Source: Terriglobia bacterium | GTDB lineage: Bacteria > Acidobacteriota > Terriglobia > 20CM-2-55-15 | Direction: 5' to 3' | DNA length: 64,000 nucleotides | Assembly: GCA_965218585.1 (NCBI GenBank) | Contig: CBDCLE010000026.1 | Location: forward strand, 32,001 to 96,000 | Shown: positions 30,680 through 40,390 of the stretch, piece by piece | Numbering within the stretch: the first letter of the stretch is position 1 | How the letters are laid out: every line of letters starts with the position of its first letter | The notes under the pieces: model-generated | Databases searched by the model: none | What the model saw: only the letters and a program-made list of their open reading frames with translations | What the model was told of the DNA's origin: nothing | Translations under genes and position numbers: made by a program

Positions 30680-32077
30680 CTACGCACGATCCATGGACAT
30701 GAACAGGTTATTCAACGACTCGGCGAGCGTCGGGTGTGCGAACACACCGTCACGGATAGTCGTGTAGGGCACCTCACCCATCATCGCCATCTGCAGTACC
30801 GACATCACTTCGCCGCCCTCAACCCCGAGAACCGCGCATCCGAGAATCTGATCCGTATGTCGGTCAACGATGGCCTTCATGAACCCGCGCGTCTCGTCCA
30901 TCTCAATGGCTCGCACCACATGGGTCATGGGTAACTTGGCTACTCGAATGTCGCGTCCCTCCAGGCGGGCTTCGGTTTCGGTAAGACCTACTCTGCCGAG
31001 TTGAGGATCCGTGAAGGCGGTGTAGGGGACGAGCCGTCCCTCGGTCGTCGCCGAACCATCGTTGAGCAGGTTTTGCTCGACGATTCGGTAGTCATCATAG
31101 GAGATGTGGGTAAACGCCGGGCCGCCTTTCACATCGCCCAGTGCATACACGCCGGCGACATTCGACTCGAGGCGCTCATTGACGGTGATGAATCCCCGAG
31201 CATCTGTTTCGATGCCTGCGGCCTCTAAATTGAGACGATCACTGTTGGGGACACGTCCGGCAGCCGCGAGGAGGTGGGAACCGGACTTTACCGAATCCCC
31301 ATCCGGCGTATGCACGGCCAACTCAATCTGTCCGTCATCTCCCCGGGTCCCACTCACGGCTTCGGAATCGAGCAGGATTTCGATTCCCTCTCCTCGGAGA
31401 ATTTCCACGATTTCCCCGGCAACGTCCGGGTCCTCGCGCGACAGCAACTGCTTCCCGCGCTGAATGATGGTGACCTGGCTACCGAACCGGCGAAACATCT
31501 GCCCGAATTCCAGCCCGATATAACCGCCCCCGAGAACAAGGAGATGATCAGGAACTTCTCCTAGTTCCATGATCGAAGCGTTGTCTAGCGCGGCTACTTC
31601 AGGAGTATCGACGTAAGGTGGGATCACTGGGCGGGTGCCCGTGTTGATGAAGATCTTTTCCGCATTCAGCGTTCGTGTGTCACCTTCCGGTGTCGTCACT
31701 TCTACCGAATTGGGTCCCTGGAAACGCGCCTCTCCGCGAACCAGTTCCAGGCCCTTGGTTCGCTCCAGACCCTTCTCGCTACCTGTTCGAAAGCTTGTCA
31801 CGACGTCCTGCTTCCGTTGACGCACACGGCCCAGGTCCATCGTCAGGGGTCCTGTAATGACGCCATAGTCCGCGCCCCGGCGAGTGAGGTGCGCCACCCG
31901 GGCGCTGGCAACCATTGTCTTGGTCGGGGTACAACCCACGTTAATACAAGAGCCGCCGACCGCATCCCGTTCTACAACCGCCGTCTTCCACCCGGCCTTC
32001 GCAAGACTGACCGCCAGTGGCTTCCCGGCCTGACCTGTACCTATGACAACTGCGTCGTGTGTGTTGTTATTGGGCAT
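30680..32077 (-). CDS. Flavoprotein disulfide reductase, MerA/RclA-like without metal-binding extensions
   Basis: [33 protein letters not shown]. Confidence 0.9.
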   Translation of the reverse strand: MPNNNTHDAVVIGTGQAGKPLAVSLAKAGWKTAVVERDAVGGSCINVGCTPTKTMVASARVAHLTRRGADYGVITGPLTMDLGRVRQRKQDVVTSFRTGSEKGLERTKGLELVRGEARFQGPNSVEVTTPEGDTRTLNAEKIFINTGTRPVIPPYVDTPEVAALDNASIMELGEVPDHLLVLGGGYIGLEFGQMFRRFGSQVTIIQRGKQLLSREDPDVAGEIVEILRGEGIEILLDSEAVSGTRGDDGQIELAVHTPDGDSVKSGSHLLAAAGRVPNSDRLNLEAAGIETDARGFITVNERLESNVAGVYALGDVKGGPAFTHISYDDYRIVEQNLLNDGSATTEGRLVPYTAFTDPQLGRVGLTETEARLEGRDIRVAKLPMTHVVRAIEMDETRGFMKAIVDRHTDQILGCAVLGVEGGEVMSVLQMAMMGEVPYTTIRDGVFAHPTLAESLNNLFMSMDRA

Positions 32078-32218
32078 CTGCCTCGTCCGGCCTTCGGCCA
32101 GCCTCTCAAGTGGCGGTACTTCCTGACTTCTTGCCTAGTGGCCTAGAATCCGGTGCCGTTCCGCCCGAACGCCGCTAGCGATACCTCTGTTACAGGTCAC
32201 TAATGAGTTACTGGAAAG

Positions 32219-33031
32219 CTACCAGTATTTTTCGACGTGGACCTGGCCGGGTTCCTTCTTCTTATGTTCCTTGAACCCTCCTGTTGCCAAAATCTCCTCC
32301 ATGTCCGTGATCATGGCCGGATTACCACAGACAAAGACATGTGTATCTTCGGGGGAGGGTCTGAATCCCCAGGCATCGGTTAGAGGTGTCCCCGTCCAGA
32401 GATCCTGAACATAGCCAGTCGCGCCAGGCCAGACGGCGGCTTCTTCCTTCGGGCGGCTGATGATGGGAATGTAGTCGAAGTTGGGACACATCCTGTCCAG
32501 GGTCATCAGCTCACTTCGGTAACCCAGATCCCACGAGTGACGAACACCGTGGAGAACGGCAAACCTTCGCCCGTCACCGCAGGGGAGTTGGGTTCGAAGC
32601 ATACTGAGGTATGGAGCAAGTCCGGTACCCGTGGAAATGAGTACAACGTGTTTATCGGATGGCGTGTTCTGGAGCGTGAACGCGCCCGTGGCCTTCGGAG
32701 AAAGCCACAGACGATCTCCGTTAGAGAGCGCGAACAAACGAGGAGTGAGGGCGCCAGCAGGAACCAGGACGATATAGAACTCCATGTATTCTTTCGTTAA
32801 CGACGATGAAGCGATCGAGAACGCACGCCTGATCAGTTTGTCGGGATCGACATCTTCTTCCTCAGGATCAGAGTCCTCACAACGTTGGGCGCTGCCGGGA
32901 AGTCCCAGGACTCCGAACTGCCCGGGCGTAAAATCAGGCAGGTCCCAGCCATCGGGTACAACGCGCATGATTGCCAGCCCCGGAGAAACCTCTATATTTT
33001 GAATAAGAATGGCGTTCGGTTCGTTGCCCAT
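32219..33031 (-). CDS. fpr: Ferredoxin/flavodoxin-NADP+ reductase
   Basis: RAFSIAS, GALTP, TGTGLAPY, CGNPAM, C-terminal EKYW. Confidence 0.88.
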   Translation of the reverse strand: MGNEPNAILIQNIEVSPGLAIMRVVPDGWDLPDFTPGQFGVLGLPGSAQRCEDSDPEEEDVDPDKLIRRAFSIASSSLTKEYMEFYIVLVPAGALTPRLFALSNGDRLWLSPKATGAFTLQNTPSDKHVVLISTGTGLAPYLSMLRTQLPCGDGRRFAVLHGVRHSWDLGYRSELMTLDRMCPNFDYIPIISRPKEEAAVWPGATGYVQDLWTGTPLTDAWGFRPSPEDTHVFVCGNPAMITDMEEILATGGFKEHKKKEPGQVHVEKYW

Positions 33032-33103
33032 CTGGTACCACCTCTTCCTCACACTGAAGTGTGCACTTTCAAGGCGTCCATGTGCAACATGGTGGGCCTT
33101 CAT

Positions 33104-34096
33104 CTATCGAAACGCCAGCAAAAGTACCATCGCAAGGATGTAGCTCCCCAGAATTCCCCAGGACGTGTATGAAAGTCTCAAAACTCGGAGGCGCCCCAGC
33201 GGAGTCAATCCCAACAGTACCAAGACTGTCATGAGGAGGGCGGCGCCGGAGGAGATCAAGTGGTTTCCCGATACCGCTTCCAGCAGAGCCCCGCTGGTGT
33301 ACGCAAAATCTTCGAGGGCAAGGATGACGACGTTGAACAGATTGCTCCCCACTATGTTAGCGACGGCCAGGTCAGCAGCTCCGATTCTCAACGCTGCCAC
33401 CGCAACGACGACCTCCGGTAGTGAAGTGGAGATTCCGACGAAGATGCTTCCGACAAATGTCTGACCCAACCCGGTCACTTCAGCGATCTGCTCGCCAAGT
33501 CTCGGCAAGTACGACGCTGCCCCCACTGTGATCAGGGCGTTCAAAGAAAACATTGCAATGACCCGCCGAAGTGATTCTTCAGGATACTTCTCGTGGGGAA
33601 TACCCCCGGCGAATTCGAGATGACCACTCGAAGCGGACCGACGAACCAGATCCAATCCGATAAACCAGACCGGCACAACGATCACGCTGCTCGGGCCGAA
33701 CCACAGGATCGAAGGCAGGAGGCCTCGAGTCGCTACTTCTGCCGTGACGAGGCCGATCAACGCCACGTTGAACGTCGCTCCAAGCTTCTGAGAACGCCGT
33801 ACCGTAGACAGAACTGGTTCGTCTGAGGCAAGGTCCAGCAACACCAGTATCAGAAGGTTGAACATGCAACTGCCCAGGACGTTCCCAACCGCTATTTCGG
33901 GCAGATCGTAAATCATGACTGACGCCATCCCGGTCATTAGCTCCGGCAGCGACGTAACCCAGGAAAGCAGGGCCAGACCGATCAGCGTCCGTCCAAGACC
34001 GGTCTTCTCGGCAATCGCATCTGCGTAACGGGAGAGGTGGGAACCCGCGTAGAAGATCACGGCCGCAGTAACAACGAATTGGAGCCAGATAAGCAT
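33104..34096 (-). CDS. Sodium/calcium exchanger (CaCA) family
   Basis: Two alpha repeats TSLPE..GNVLGS / TSLPE..ANIVGSN. Confidence 0.9.
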   Translation of the reverse strand: MLIWLQFVVTAAVIFYAGSHLSRYADAIAEKTGLGRTLIGLALLSWVTSLPELMTGMASVMIYDLPEIAVGNVLGSCMFNLLILVLLDLASDEPVLSTVRRSQKLGATFNVALIGLVTAEVATRGLLPSILWFGPSSVIVVPVWFIGLDLVRRSASSGHLEFAGGIPHEKYPEESLRRVIAMFSLNALITVGAASYLPRLGEQIAEVTGLGQTFVGSIFVGISTSLPEVVVAVAALRIGAADLAVANIVGSNLFNVVILALEDFAYTSGALLEAVSGNHLISSGAALLMTVLVLLGLTPLGRLRVLRLSYTSWGILGSYILAMVLLLAFR

Positions 34097-34209
34097 ACGA
34101 ACGGGTGCAGGATGTCCTCATTATGGACCCTCAGCTCAAATATGTTTTCACATCCGAACGAAGAGGGTATTCTTGTGCGTCACGAATAGTGTCGAGATGG
34201 GAGGAACTG

Positions 34210-35988
34210 ATGGGAGTCAGGAAATGGAAAGAGTCCGGACGGAAATGGGAACCCGATCACTCGTTGTTGGATGAAGGTCAGATCGCACAATGCGCCCGGG
34301 CGGATGGGGAGGCCGTGCTCCGCTCTCCGATTCCTACACAGATGGTTTCAAACGGTGAGTACATGCCGGCGCCACAGACCAAGAAACAGAAACAGGTCGA
34401 AGAGCGCATTAAAGAGCTTTCTGAACATGCCAGCAGGAGACTGGGAATGGATCGAAGACGTTTTCTTCGAACGACCGGTGGAATGGCCGCATCCCTGCTG
34501 GCAATGAACGAAGTCTTCGGACATTTCTTCGACGTCTCTCCCATCGAGATGTTCGAACCGACGGCGTACGCTCAGAGCGGTGCCCCGCGCGATATGTTTG
34601 TCTTCGACGATCAACTTCACCTGGTCCGTGGAAGTGCGGGCAACACAGGCGGCGCTCTCCGGGCAATCGCCGAGGGCCCGTCATCGCCCGGGTTTGAATC
34701 GAACCCCTTCAACCGTAGCGGCGCGGGCGACGAGCGTGGGGAAGCCTGGGGTGTATGGAATCCAGAACTCGTCGGCCTGCCGATCACACCCGACAGTTTC
34801 CGCATCGTCCAGTTCATCAAAGACGTCTACCTCGACAGCCAGGTCAACGTCGGACTCCTGAGCAACGTCACTGCATCAGTCATCACAGACGAGGCCGGAG
34901 ACCGGCGTGCCCCGAGGAACGTGACCGAGGCACTGGATGGCGAAATGCTGACGGCTGCGCAAACCGCCGCCGCACGGAACTTCATCAACGAAATCTCCGG
35001 GTCGACACGAATGTTGGCGCACGGCCTGCTTTACGTCGGGAGGGGTAACCTCGAGTACATCCAACAGCAGATCGAAGAGAACGAACCGGATTCCTGGAAG
35101 GGCTACAACATCTCCAATGCAGCCAAGGTCGACCTCGATCCCAACAGCTTGATGCGGCAATGGCGGCATGACGATGAGGAGGTCGCGTATCCGACCTTCG
35201 AACTGATAGAGAGAAACTATCAACTCCTTCGGACGGCAAAGCTCGGATTCAACAACATCTGCGTCCACAAAGGGCTGGCACCTGGACCGCCCGACCCGGA
35301 ACGTGGACATCCCGCAGACATTCCCAAGGCCGCCGGAGACTGGCCCAATCTCAACTTCATCGCCTACCACGCCTGCATCCAACCGGCGTTCTTCATGTAT
35401 GAGGCGCTGGACGAGATTCGGTCCGGAAACCTTCGCGACGGCGTGCCGAACATCAGCTGGACCACAGAGTACGCTTCGCTCGTGTCCCCCTTCCCGAACA
35501 CCTACGCGGAGCTGGGCACGACGTGGGCATCATCGGTCATCACCTTTCCGACGGTAACCGCACACCTCATGGGTCAGTTGTTGAAGTTCATGGGTGAGGA
35601 CCGGATCGTGTTCGGGTCCGACTCGGTATGGTACGGATCGCCACAGTGGCAGATCGACGCCATGTGGCGCTTCCAGATCCCTGAAGAACTCCGCGAACGG
35701 TATGGCTATCCAGAACTGACCGAAGAGGCAAAACGAAAGATTCTCGGACTCAATTCCGCCAGGCTGTATGGGATTGAAGGTGTGGAATCCACGACCCTCG
35801 CCGACCTCAACGCGCGTTTCCGTCCGGTGCCGGAAGATTACGAAGACCGGATCAGCGACGAGTTAAAAACGACCATGGAGCTTCCGGGATTCACGGCCGA
35901 CAACATGTCGAAGTTCAAGGAAAGGTACATCGCAATGGGTGTGGAGCCCGACCACGTCCAGTACGGCTGGGTCCGGAAGAAGGTTTAA
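34210..35988 (+). CDS. Amidohydrolase-superfamily protein with internal twin-Arg-like segment
   Basis: GGAGG RBS; SPIPTQMVSNGEY, RRRFL, DDQLH, CVHKG, YH, FGSDSVWYGSPQWQI. Confidence 0.8.
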   Translation: MGVRKWKESGRKWEPDHSLLDEGQIAQCARADGEAVLRSPIPTQMVSNGEYMPAPQTKKQKQVEERIKELSEHASRRLGMDRRRFLRTTGGMAASLLAMNEVFGHFFDVSPIEMFEPTAYAQSGAPRDMFVFDDQLHLVRGSAGNTGGALRAIAEGPSSPGFESNPFNRSGAGDERGEAWGVWNPELVGLPITPDSFRIVQFIKDVYLDSQVNVGLLSNVTASVITDEAGDRRAPRNVTEALDGEMLTAAQTAAARNFINEISGSTRMLAHGLLYVGRGNLEYIQQQIEENEPDSWKGYNISNAAKVDLDPNSLMRQWRHDDEEVAYPTFELIERNYQLLRTAKLGFNNICVHKGLAPGPPDPERGHPADIPKAAGDWPNLNFIAYHACIQPAFFMYEALDEIRSGNLRDGVPNISWTTEYASLVSPFPNTYAELGTTWASSVITFPTVTAHLMGQLLKFMGEDRIVFGSDSVWYGSPQWQIDAMWRFQIPEELRERYGYPELTEEAKRKILGLNSARLYGIEGVESTTLADLNARFRPVPEDYEDRISDELKTTMELPGFTADNMSKFKERYIAMGVEPDHVQYGWVRKKV

Positions 35989-36002
35989 CGGGCTCTTAGC
36001 TC

Positions 36003-36590
36003 TCAGGCATCAACTGCGAAATATTGTGGCGCGTTGCCTTCGATCCATTTGATGTTACAGCCGGCACTCGGTACCTGCTCGGCACCAATCCCTCGTCCAG
36101 CCAGAGCGGCATCGACGGCAGATCGGAGATCCTCACCGGTGACCGGAATGTCGTTACCCGGGCGACTCCCGTCGAACTGACCTCTGTAGACGAGCCGCCG
36201 ATCCGAATCAAAGAGAAACAAATCCGGGGTGCACGCGGCATGATAGGCCTTGGCAACTGACTGCGTCTCGTCAAACAGGTAGGGAAAGACGTAGCCGGCG
36301 TCCTCTACTTCTTCTTTCATGTGCGCCAGGTCGTCTTCAGGAAACGCAACAGTGTCGTTGGAACTGATCCCGACAACGGCAAGCTCTGTTTTTTCGTAAT
36401 CACGCGCGAACTGCGCAAGCCCGGAACGGATATGTTTGACGAACGGGCAGTGGTTACAGATGAACATCACCAGAAGCGCTTTTTGATCCGCAAAGTCGTC
36501 GGAAGAAACCACATCTCCGCTGGTTGCCGGCAGACTGAACGCCGGCGCCTCGGTGCCCAGGGAAAGCATGGTAGATGGTGTCAATGGCAT
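36003..36590 (-). CDS. Thioredoxin-fold (AhpC/TSA-like) protein
   Basis: FICNHCPFV, AACTPD, YRGQFD, GCNIKW. Confidence 0.9.
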   Translation of the reverse strand: MPLTPSTMLSLGTEAPAFSLPATSGDVVSSDDFADQKALLVMFICNHCPFVKHIRSGLAQFARDYEKTELAVVGISSNDTVAFPEDDLAHMKEEVEDAGYVFPYLFDETQSVAKAYHAACTPDLFLFDSDRRLVYRGQFDGSRPGNDIPVTGEDLRSAVDAALAGRGIGAEQVPSAGCNIKWIEGNAPQYFAVDA

Positions 36591-36720
36591 AGGTTTTCAC
36601 CCCTTTCGTCGTTGTGCGGTTGTGCGCTCGGGCATGGGGAACCATCTAAAGGACGGTGGGGGCCATGCGAAGAGATGCCATAGCCGCCGCTTCCTTGCGC
36701 CCCCAGCGCACCTACAGGTC

Positions 36721-37620
36721 CTACGGCAGACCGCTGCGAACGACTTCTCGGATCGTGGCAATGCGGAGGGGATACGTCCCGATGACTTTCACCGTTGGCG
36801 TTCCCTGTTTCAACTGAGCGATCGCTTCCTTGACCGCTCGACTCTCCATGGTGCCGATGAAATCCACATGATAGACCGATTCGGAATGCGATCCACGAAC
36901 GGGACGCGACAGCACGTTCGTCAGGGGAATTCCGCATTCAACAAACGGGGCGAGCACACCCGACTCTCGCCGCGCCAAATGAGGCACCTGAAAGCATATG
37001 CTCGTCTTCAACGAATCGCTTTGGGGCTTCGCGGCTCGAGGATTGTCAGGCGCGGACAGGAGCAAAAACCGGGTGTAGTTTTCCGGGTGGTCCTGAATGC
37101 CTGACCTCAGAATCTCCCCACCGTAGACCTCCGCACTCCGGGCACTTCCGATCGCACCGGTGTGGGGCGTTTTTTCCCGGACGACGAGTTCAACGGCACC
37201 GGCGGTATCGAAAGCAGGCACAGGTTCCATCTTCAGATTGGTTCGAAGTGATCCCGCGCACTGGGCCAACGCGACGGGGTGAGAGAGTACCCGGTAAACG
37301 TCTTCGATACGTGTCCCTTTGGGAACGATCAGACAGTGCGAGATCGTCTGGACGGTCTCGTCGATGATGACGAGGTCGTTCTCGGCGAGCAGATCGTATG
37401 TTTCGTCGATCGGTCCGGCAAGCGTGTTCTCGACCGGAATGACGGCGTAAGGAGCCTGGCCCCCCTCGACGCTGTCGAACACTTCCTGAAGCGTCCGCAA
37501 CCCCAGGAGTCGGGATTCTTTAGGTACGAAATCGAAAGCGGCATCCTCGCTGAACGCACCCGGCTGTCCCTGGTATACGACGTCGTATTCGGATGTGCTT
37601 GTCGCTTCAGATATTGGCAT
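36721..37620 (-). CDS. pheA: Prephenate dehydratase
   Basis: YQGQPGAFSE, PVENT, SHPVALAQC, NYTRF; C-terminal ACT domain divergent. Confidence 0.88.
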   Translation of the reverse strand: MPISEATSTSEYDVVYQGQPGAFSEDAAFDFVPKESRLLGLRTLQEVFDSVEGGQAPYAVIPVENTLAGPIDETYDLLAENDLVIIDETVQTISHCLIVPKGTRIEDVYRVLSHPVALAQCAGSLRTNLKMEPVPAFDTAGAVELVVREKTPHTGAIGSARSAEVYGGEILRSGIQDHPENYTRFLLLSAPDNPRAAKPQSDSLKTSICFQVPHLARRESGVLAPFVECGIPLTNVLSRPVRGSHSESVYHVDFIGTMESRAVKEAIAQLKQGTPTVKVIGTYPLRIATIREVVRSGLP

Positions 37621-38788
37621 GTGCAGCAGCTGCCTTTGCGAGGGTCTGTCTTCCCTCTTCGCGCGTCCTCCTAATAATATCTCGAAAAACCTCTTCGACG
37701 GTCTCGTCCGGCAAATCGGCAACGCCTGCCCTCTGTCCGATGAGCCGAAGAATGACCCTGTCCAGGTTTCGGGTCCGGTTCCACCGAGCTCCGACGCTTC
37801 GTTTTTGGGAGGCCAGAACCAGAGCCAGAGATTCCATCATCCGTTCAAAGTCATCCAGAGTCAGAGACTGGGCTCCATCGCATAAGGCTGATTCCGGTTC
37901 CGGATGGACTTCAACGATCAGACCCGCTACGCCGGCGGCAGCGGCAGCCTTGGACAGGGGTTCGACAAGATTCCGATGTCCGGTTGCATGGCTTGGATCC
38001 ACAAATACGGGCAGGTGTGTGCGTTCTTTCAGCAGGACGGCAGATCCCAAATCCAGTGTGTTTCGTGTGGCCGTTTCGAAAGTGCGTATTCCCCTCTCGC
38101 AGAGAATGATGTTCAGGTTTCCCTGAAGCGCGATGTACTCGGCAGCCAGGAGCCACTCTTCTACGGTTGCCGACAGGCCGCGCTTCAAGAGCACGGGCTT
38201 GGCCGCCTTCCCCGCTGCTTCGAGCAGACTGAAGTTCTGCATGTTGCGTGCACCGATCTGAAGAACGTCGGCATGCTCAGCGACCAGGGGCACGTCTTCG
38301 GTGTTGAGCACCTCGGTAACAACCGCCAAACCAAGCGCTCGACCGGCTCGGGCCAGCAGCTCCAACCCCTTCTTTTCCAGTCCTCTGAAGGAGTACGGCG
38401 AAGTCCGGGGTTTAAACGCTCCGCCGCGAAGAATGCGGGCGCCGGCAGTGGCCACAGCACCTGCGGTGGCCATGACCTGTGCTTCGCTTTCAACGGCACA
38501 CGGCCCAGCCGCGACGACGAATTCGGAACCGCCGATTTCGATATCGCCGACACGGACTCGCGTACCTTCGGGACGAAGCGACCGATGGACAAGTTTGTAT
38601 GGAGTGTCGATCTTCTCCACCCGGGCGACGCCCGGCAGGGAACCGAAACGTCCGGGATCGTTGTTCTTGGCTGTGGAAACGACGATCGTATTGTCGATGA
38701 CCTGTGCCCTCTGAGTGTCAGGGTCCAGGACCGCCTGAACCCCTTCGATATCTGCCGGACTTGCGTCGGCCTGCATTCGAACTAACAT
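37607..38788 (-). CDS. aroF: DAHP synthase type I-beta with C-terminal chorismate-mutase-like remnant
   Basis: AAGGAGG RBS; AGPCAVES, GGAFKPRTSPY, IGARNMQN, CERG, DPSHA. Confidence 0.92.
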   Translation of the reverse strand: MLVRMQADASPADIEGVQAVLDPDTQRAQVIDNTIVVSTAKNNDPGRFGSLPGVARVEKIDTPYKLVHRSLRPEGTRVRVGDIEIGGSEFVVAAGPCAVESEAQVMATAGAVATAGARILRGGAFKPRTSPYSFRGLEKKGLELLARAGRALGLAVVTEVLNTEDVPLVAEHADVLQIGARNMQNFSLLEAAGKAAKPVLLKRGLSATVEEWLLAAEYIALQGNLNIILCERGIRTFETATRNTLDLGSAVLLKERTHLPVFVDPSHATGHRNLVEPLSKAAAAAGVAGLIVEVHPEPESALCDGAQSLTLDDFERMMESLALVLASQKRSVGARWNRTRNLDRVILRLIGQRAGVADLPDETVEEVFRDIIRRTREEGRQTLAKAAAAHANI

Positions 38789-38802
38789 TGTGAAACCTCC
38801 TT

Positions 38803-38850
38803 AAACGAAAAAAGGCCCGTTCCCCGTTGGTTCCGGAGAGCGGGCCTTTC
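38803..38850 (-). terminator. Attenuator terminator upstream of aroF
   Basis: Minus strand AAAGGCCCG..CGGGCCTTT followed by TTTCGTTT. Confidence 0.85.
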
Positions 38851-38870
38851 GGCTCTAAATGGTATCGGTA

Positions 38871-38978
38871 TTACGCCGTTACCCACCCCCCAGGGGACCA
38901 AAACCAAAAATAGCCCTCATACGAATAGAGAGATCCCGCAGCTGCGGAGCTATTCAGAGTTGTGGGTACGCAGTTCAT
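38871..38978 (-). CDS. Aromatic-rich leader peptide, 35 aa
   Basis: MNCVPTTLNSSAAAGSLYSYEGYFWFWSPGGWVTA*; preceded by AGGGAAG, followed by terminator. Confidence 0.85.
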   Translation of the reverse strand: MNCVPTTLNSSAAAGSLYSYEGYFWFWSPGGWVTA

Positions 38979-38996
38979 TTCTTCCCTAAAGAATTG

Positions 38997-39025
38997 AGTA
39001 TGCGGATCGGACCACAGTGTGTCAA
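38997..39025 (-). promoter_or_regulatory. Sigma70-type promoter of aro leader
   Basis: TTGACA-N17-CATACT on minus strand. Confidence 0.7.
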
Positions 39026-39038
39026 CAAGTTAAGAAAT

Positions 39039-39115
39039 GGGGTCAGAGCCCTATTTCCCTATTTAATAACGGAAATAGATGTAGGGGGAAAATGGGGAAA
39101 TAGGGCTCTGACCCC
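39039..39115. repeat. 21-bp perfect inverted repeat, REP-like, directly after ilvA stop
   Basis: GGGGTCAGAGCCCTATTTCCC ... GGGAAATAGGGCTCTGACCCC. Confidence 0.8.
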
Positions 39116-40390
39116 TTAAACCAGATAGCGGAGGAGGTCGGGACGGTCGTTCAAGTATTCTCCGAAGAAACCAAGTTCTTTCATTCGGCTGATGAGGGGT
39201 TCGAGGTCTTCCTTGTTTCTCAGCTCTATGCCGACAACAGCAGGGCCCCTCTCCCGGTCGGTCTTCTTGGAATACGCGAAGTGCGTGATGTCGTCGCCTG
39301 GCCCAAGGACGTCGACGACAAACTGACGGAGCGCTCCGGCACGTTGAGGAAAACGCACTATGAAGTAATGCTTCACGCCCTCGTAGATCAGCGCACGCTC
39401 CCGGATCTCTTCGATTCGACGAAAGTCGTTATTGCCACCACTGACCAGACAGGCCACCGTCTTCCCTTTCACCTGGTCCCGGAAGTCTTCCAGTGCGGAA
39501 ATAGCCAAGGCCCCGGCGGGTTCGACGATGATGCCATGATCGTTATAGAGCCTGAGGATCGTGGCGCACAGACGTCCTTCCGGAACAGTCACGACCTTAT
39601 CGAGGACATCGCGGCAGATCTGGAAGGTCAACTCGCCCACACGCTGCACGGCCGCACCATCGGTGAAAGCGTCAATTGTTTCGAGCGTCACCGGATGACC
39701 AGCCTGAAACGCTTCCATCATCGATGGAGCGCCTTCGGGTTGTACTCCGATGATTTCGGTTTCGGGAGATATCGCCTTGACCCAACTTCCGACGCCGGAA
39801 GCCAGACCCCCGCCGCCAACGGGCAAAAACATAATGTCGATCGTGTCACTGGCGTCATCGAGCATCTCGATACCGAGCGTGCCCTGGCCTTCAATCACAA
39901 CCGGATCATCGAAAGGATGGACATAGATGGATCCGTCGGCAGCGGTTCGACCGACGGCTTCGGCTTCGGCGTCGTCAAAAACATCGCCCACCAGTTCAAT
40001 GTCCACCAGCGATCCGCCGATCGCGCGCACACGTTCGATCTTCTGACTCGGCGTCGTCAAGGGCATGTAGATAGTCGCGTGGATTCCCAGCTTACTGGCA
40101 GCGTAGGCGACGCCCTGGGCATGGTTACCCGCACTTGCACATGAAACTCCCTTCCGGAGTTCCTCGTCCGAATAGCTGCGGATCTTGTTGTAGGCGCCTC
40201 GAATCTTGTAGGACCGGACAACCTGCAGATCTTCCCGCTTGAGCAGGATGTTGGCCTCGTAATCTTCCGAGAGGTGATCGTCGCGCTCCATCGGCGTCCG
40301 AACGGCGACGTTTTTTAAACGGCTCGCAGCCCTCCCGATGGCGTCCGTCGCCGGACGCCATGTCAGTTCGGGAGTTTCCTGCCGTGTCAC
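39116..40390 (-). CDS. ilvA: Threonine dehydratase, short biosynthetic form
   Basis: KREDLQVVRSYKIRG, SAGNHAQG, GGGGL, single ACT (FPQRAGALRQF). Confidence 0.95.
   Translation of the reverse strand: MTRQETPELTWRPATDAIGRAASRLKNVAVRTPMERDDHLSEDYEANILLKREDLQVVRSYKIRGAYNKIRSYSDEELRKGVSCASAGNHAQGVAYAASKLGIHATIYMPLTTPSQKIERVRAIGGSLVDIELVGDVFDDAEAEAVGRTAADGSIYVHPFDDPVVIEGQGTLGIEMLDDASDTIDIMFLPVGGGGLASGVGSWVKAISPETEIIGVQPEGAPSMMEAFQAGHPVTLETIDAFTDGAAVQRVGELTFQICRDVLDKVVTVPEGRLCATILRLYNDHGIIVEPAGALAISALEDFRDQVKGKTVACLVSGGNNDFRRIEEIRERALIYEGVKHYFIVRFPQRAGALRQFVVDVLGPGDDITHFAYSKKTDRERGPAVVGIELRNKEDLEPLISRMKELGFFGEYLNDRPDLLRYLV

Noticed and set aside
30680-32077. Mercury resistance merA
   Set aside because: No C-terminal Cys pair, no NmerA domain, no mer genes nearby
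38859-39119. 86-aa plus-strand ORF between aroF and ilvA
   Set aside because: Antisense to the leader peptide, promoter and REP-like repeat, which explain the sequence better
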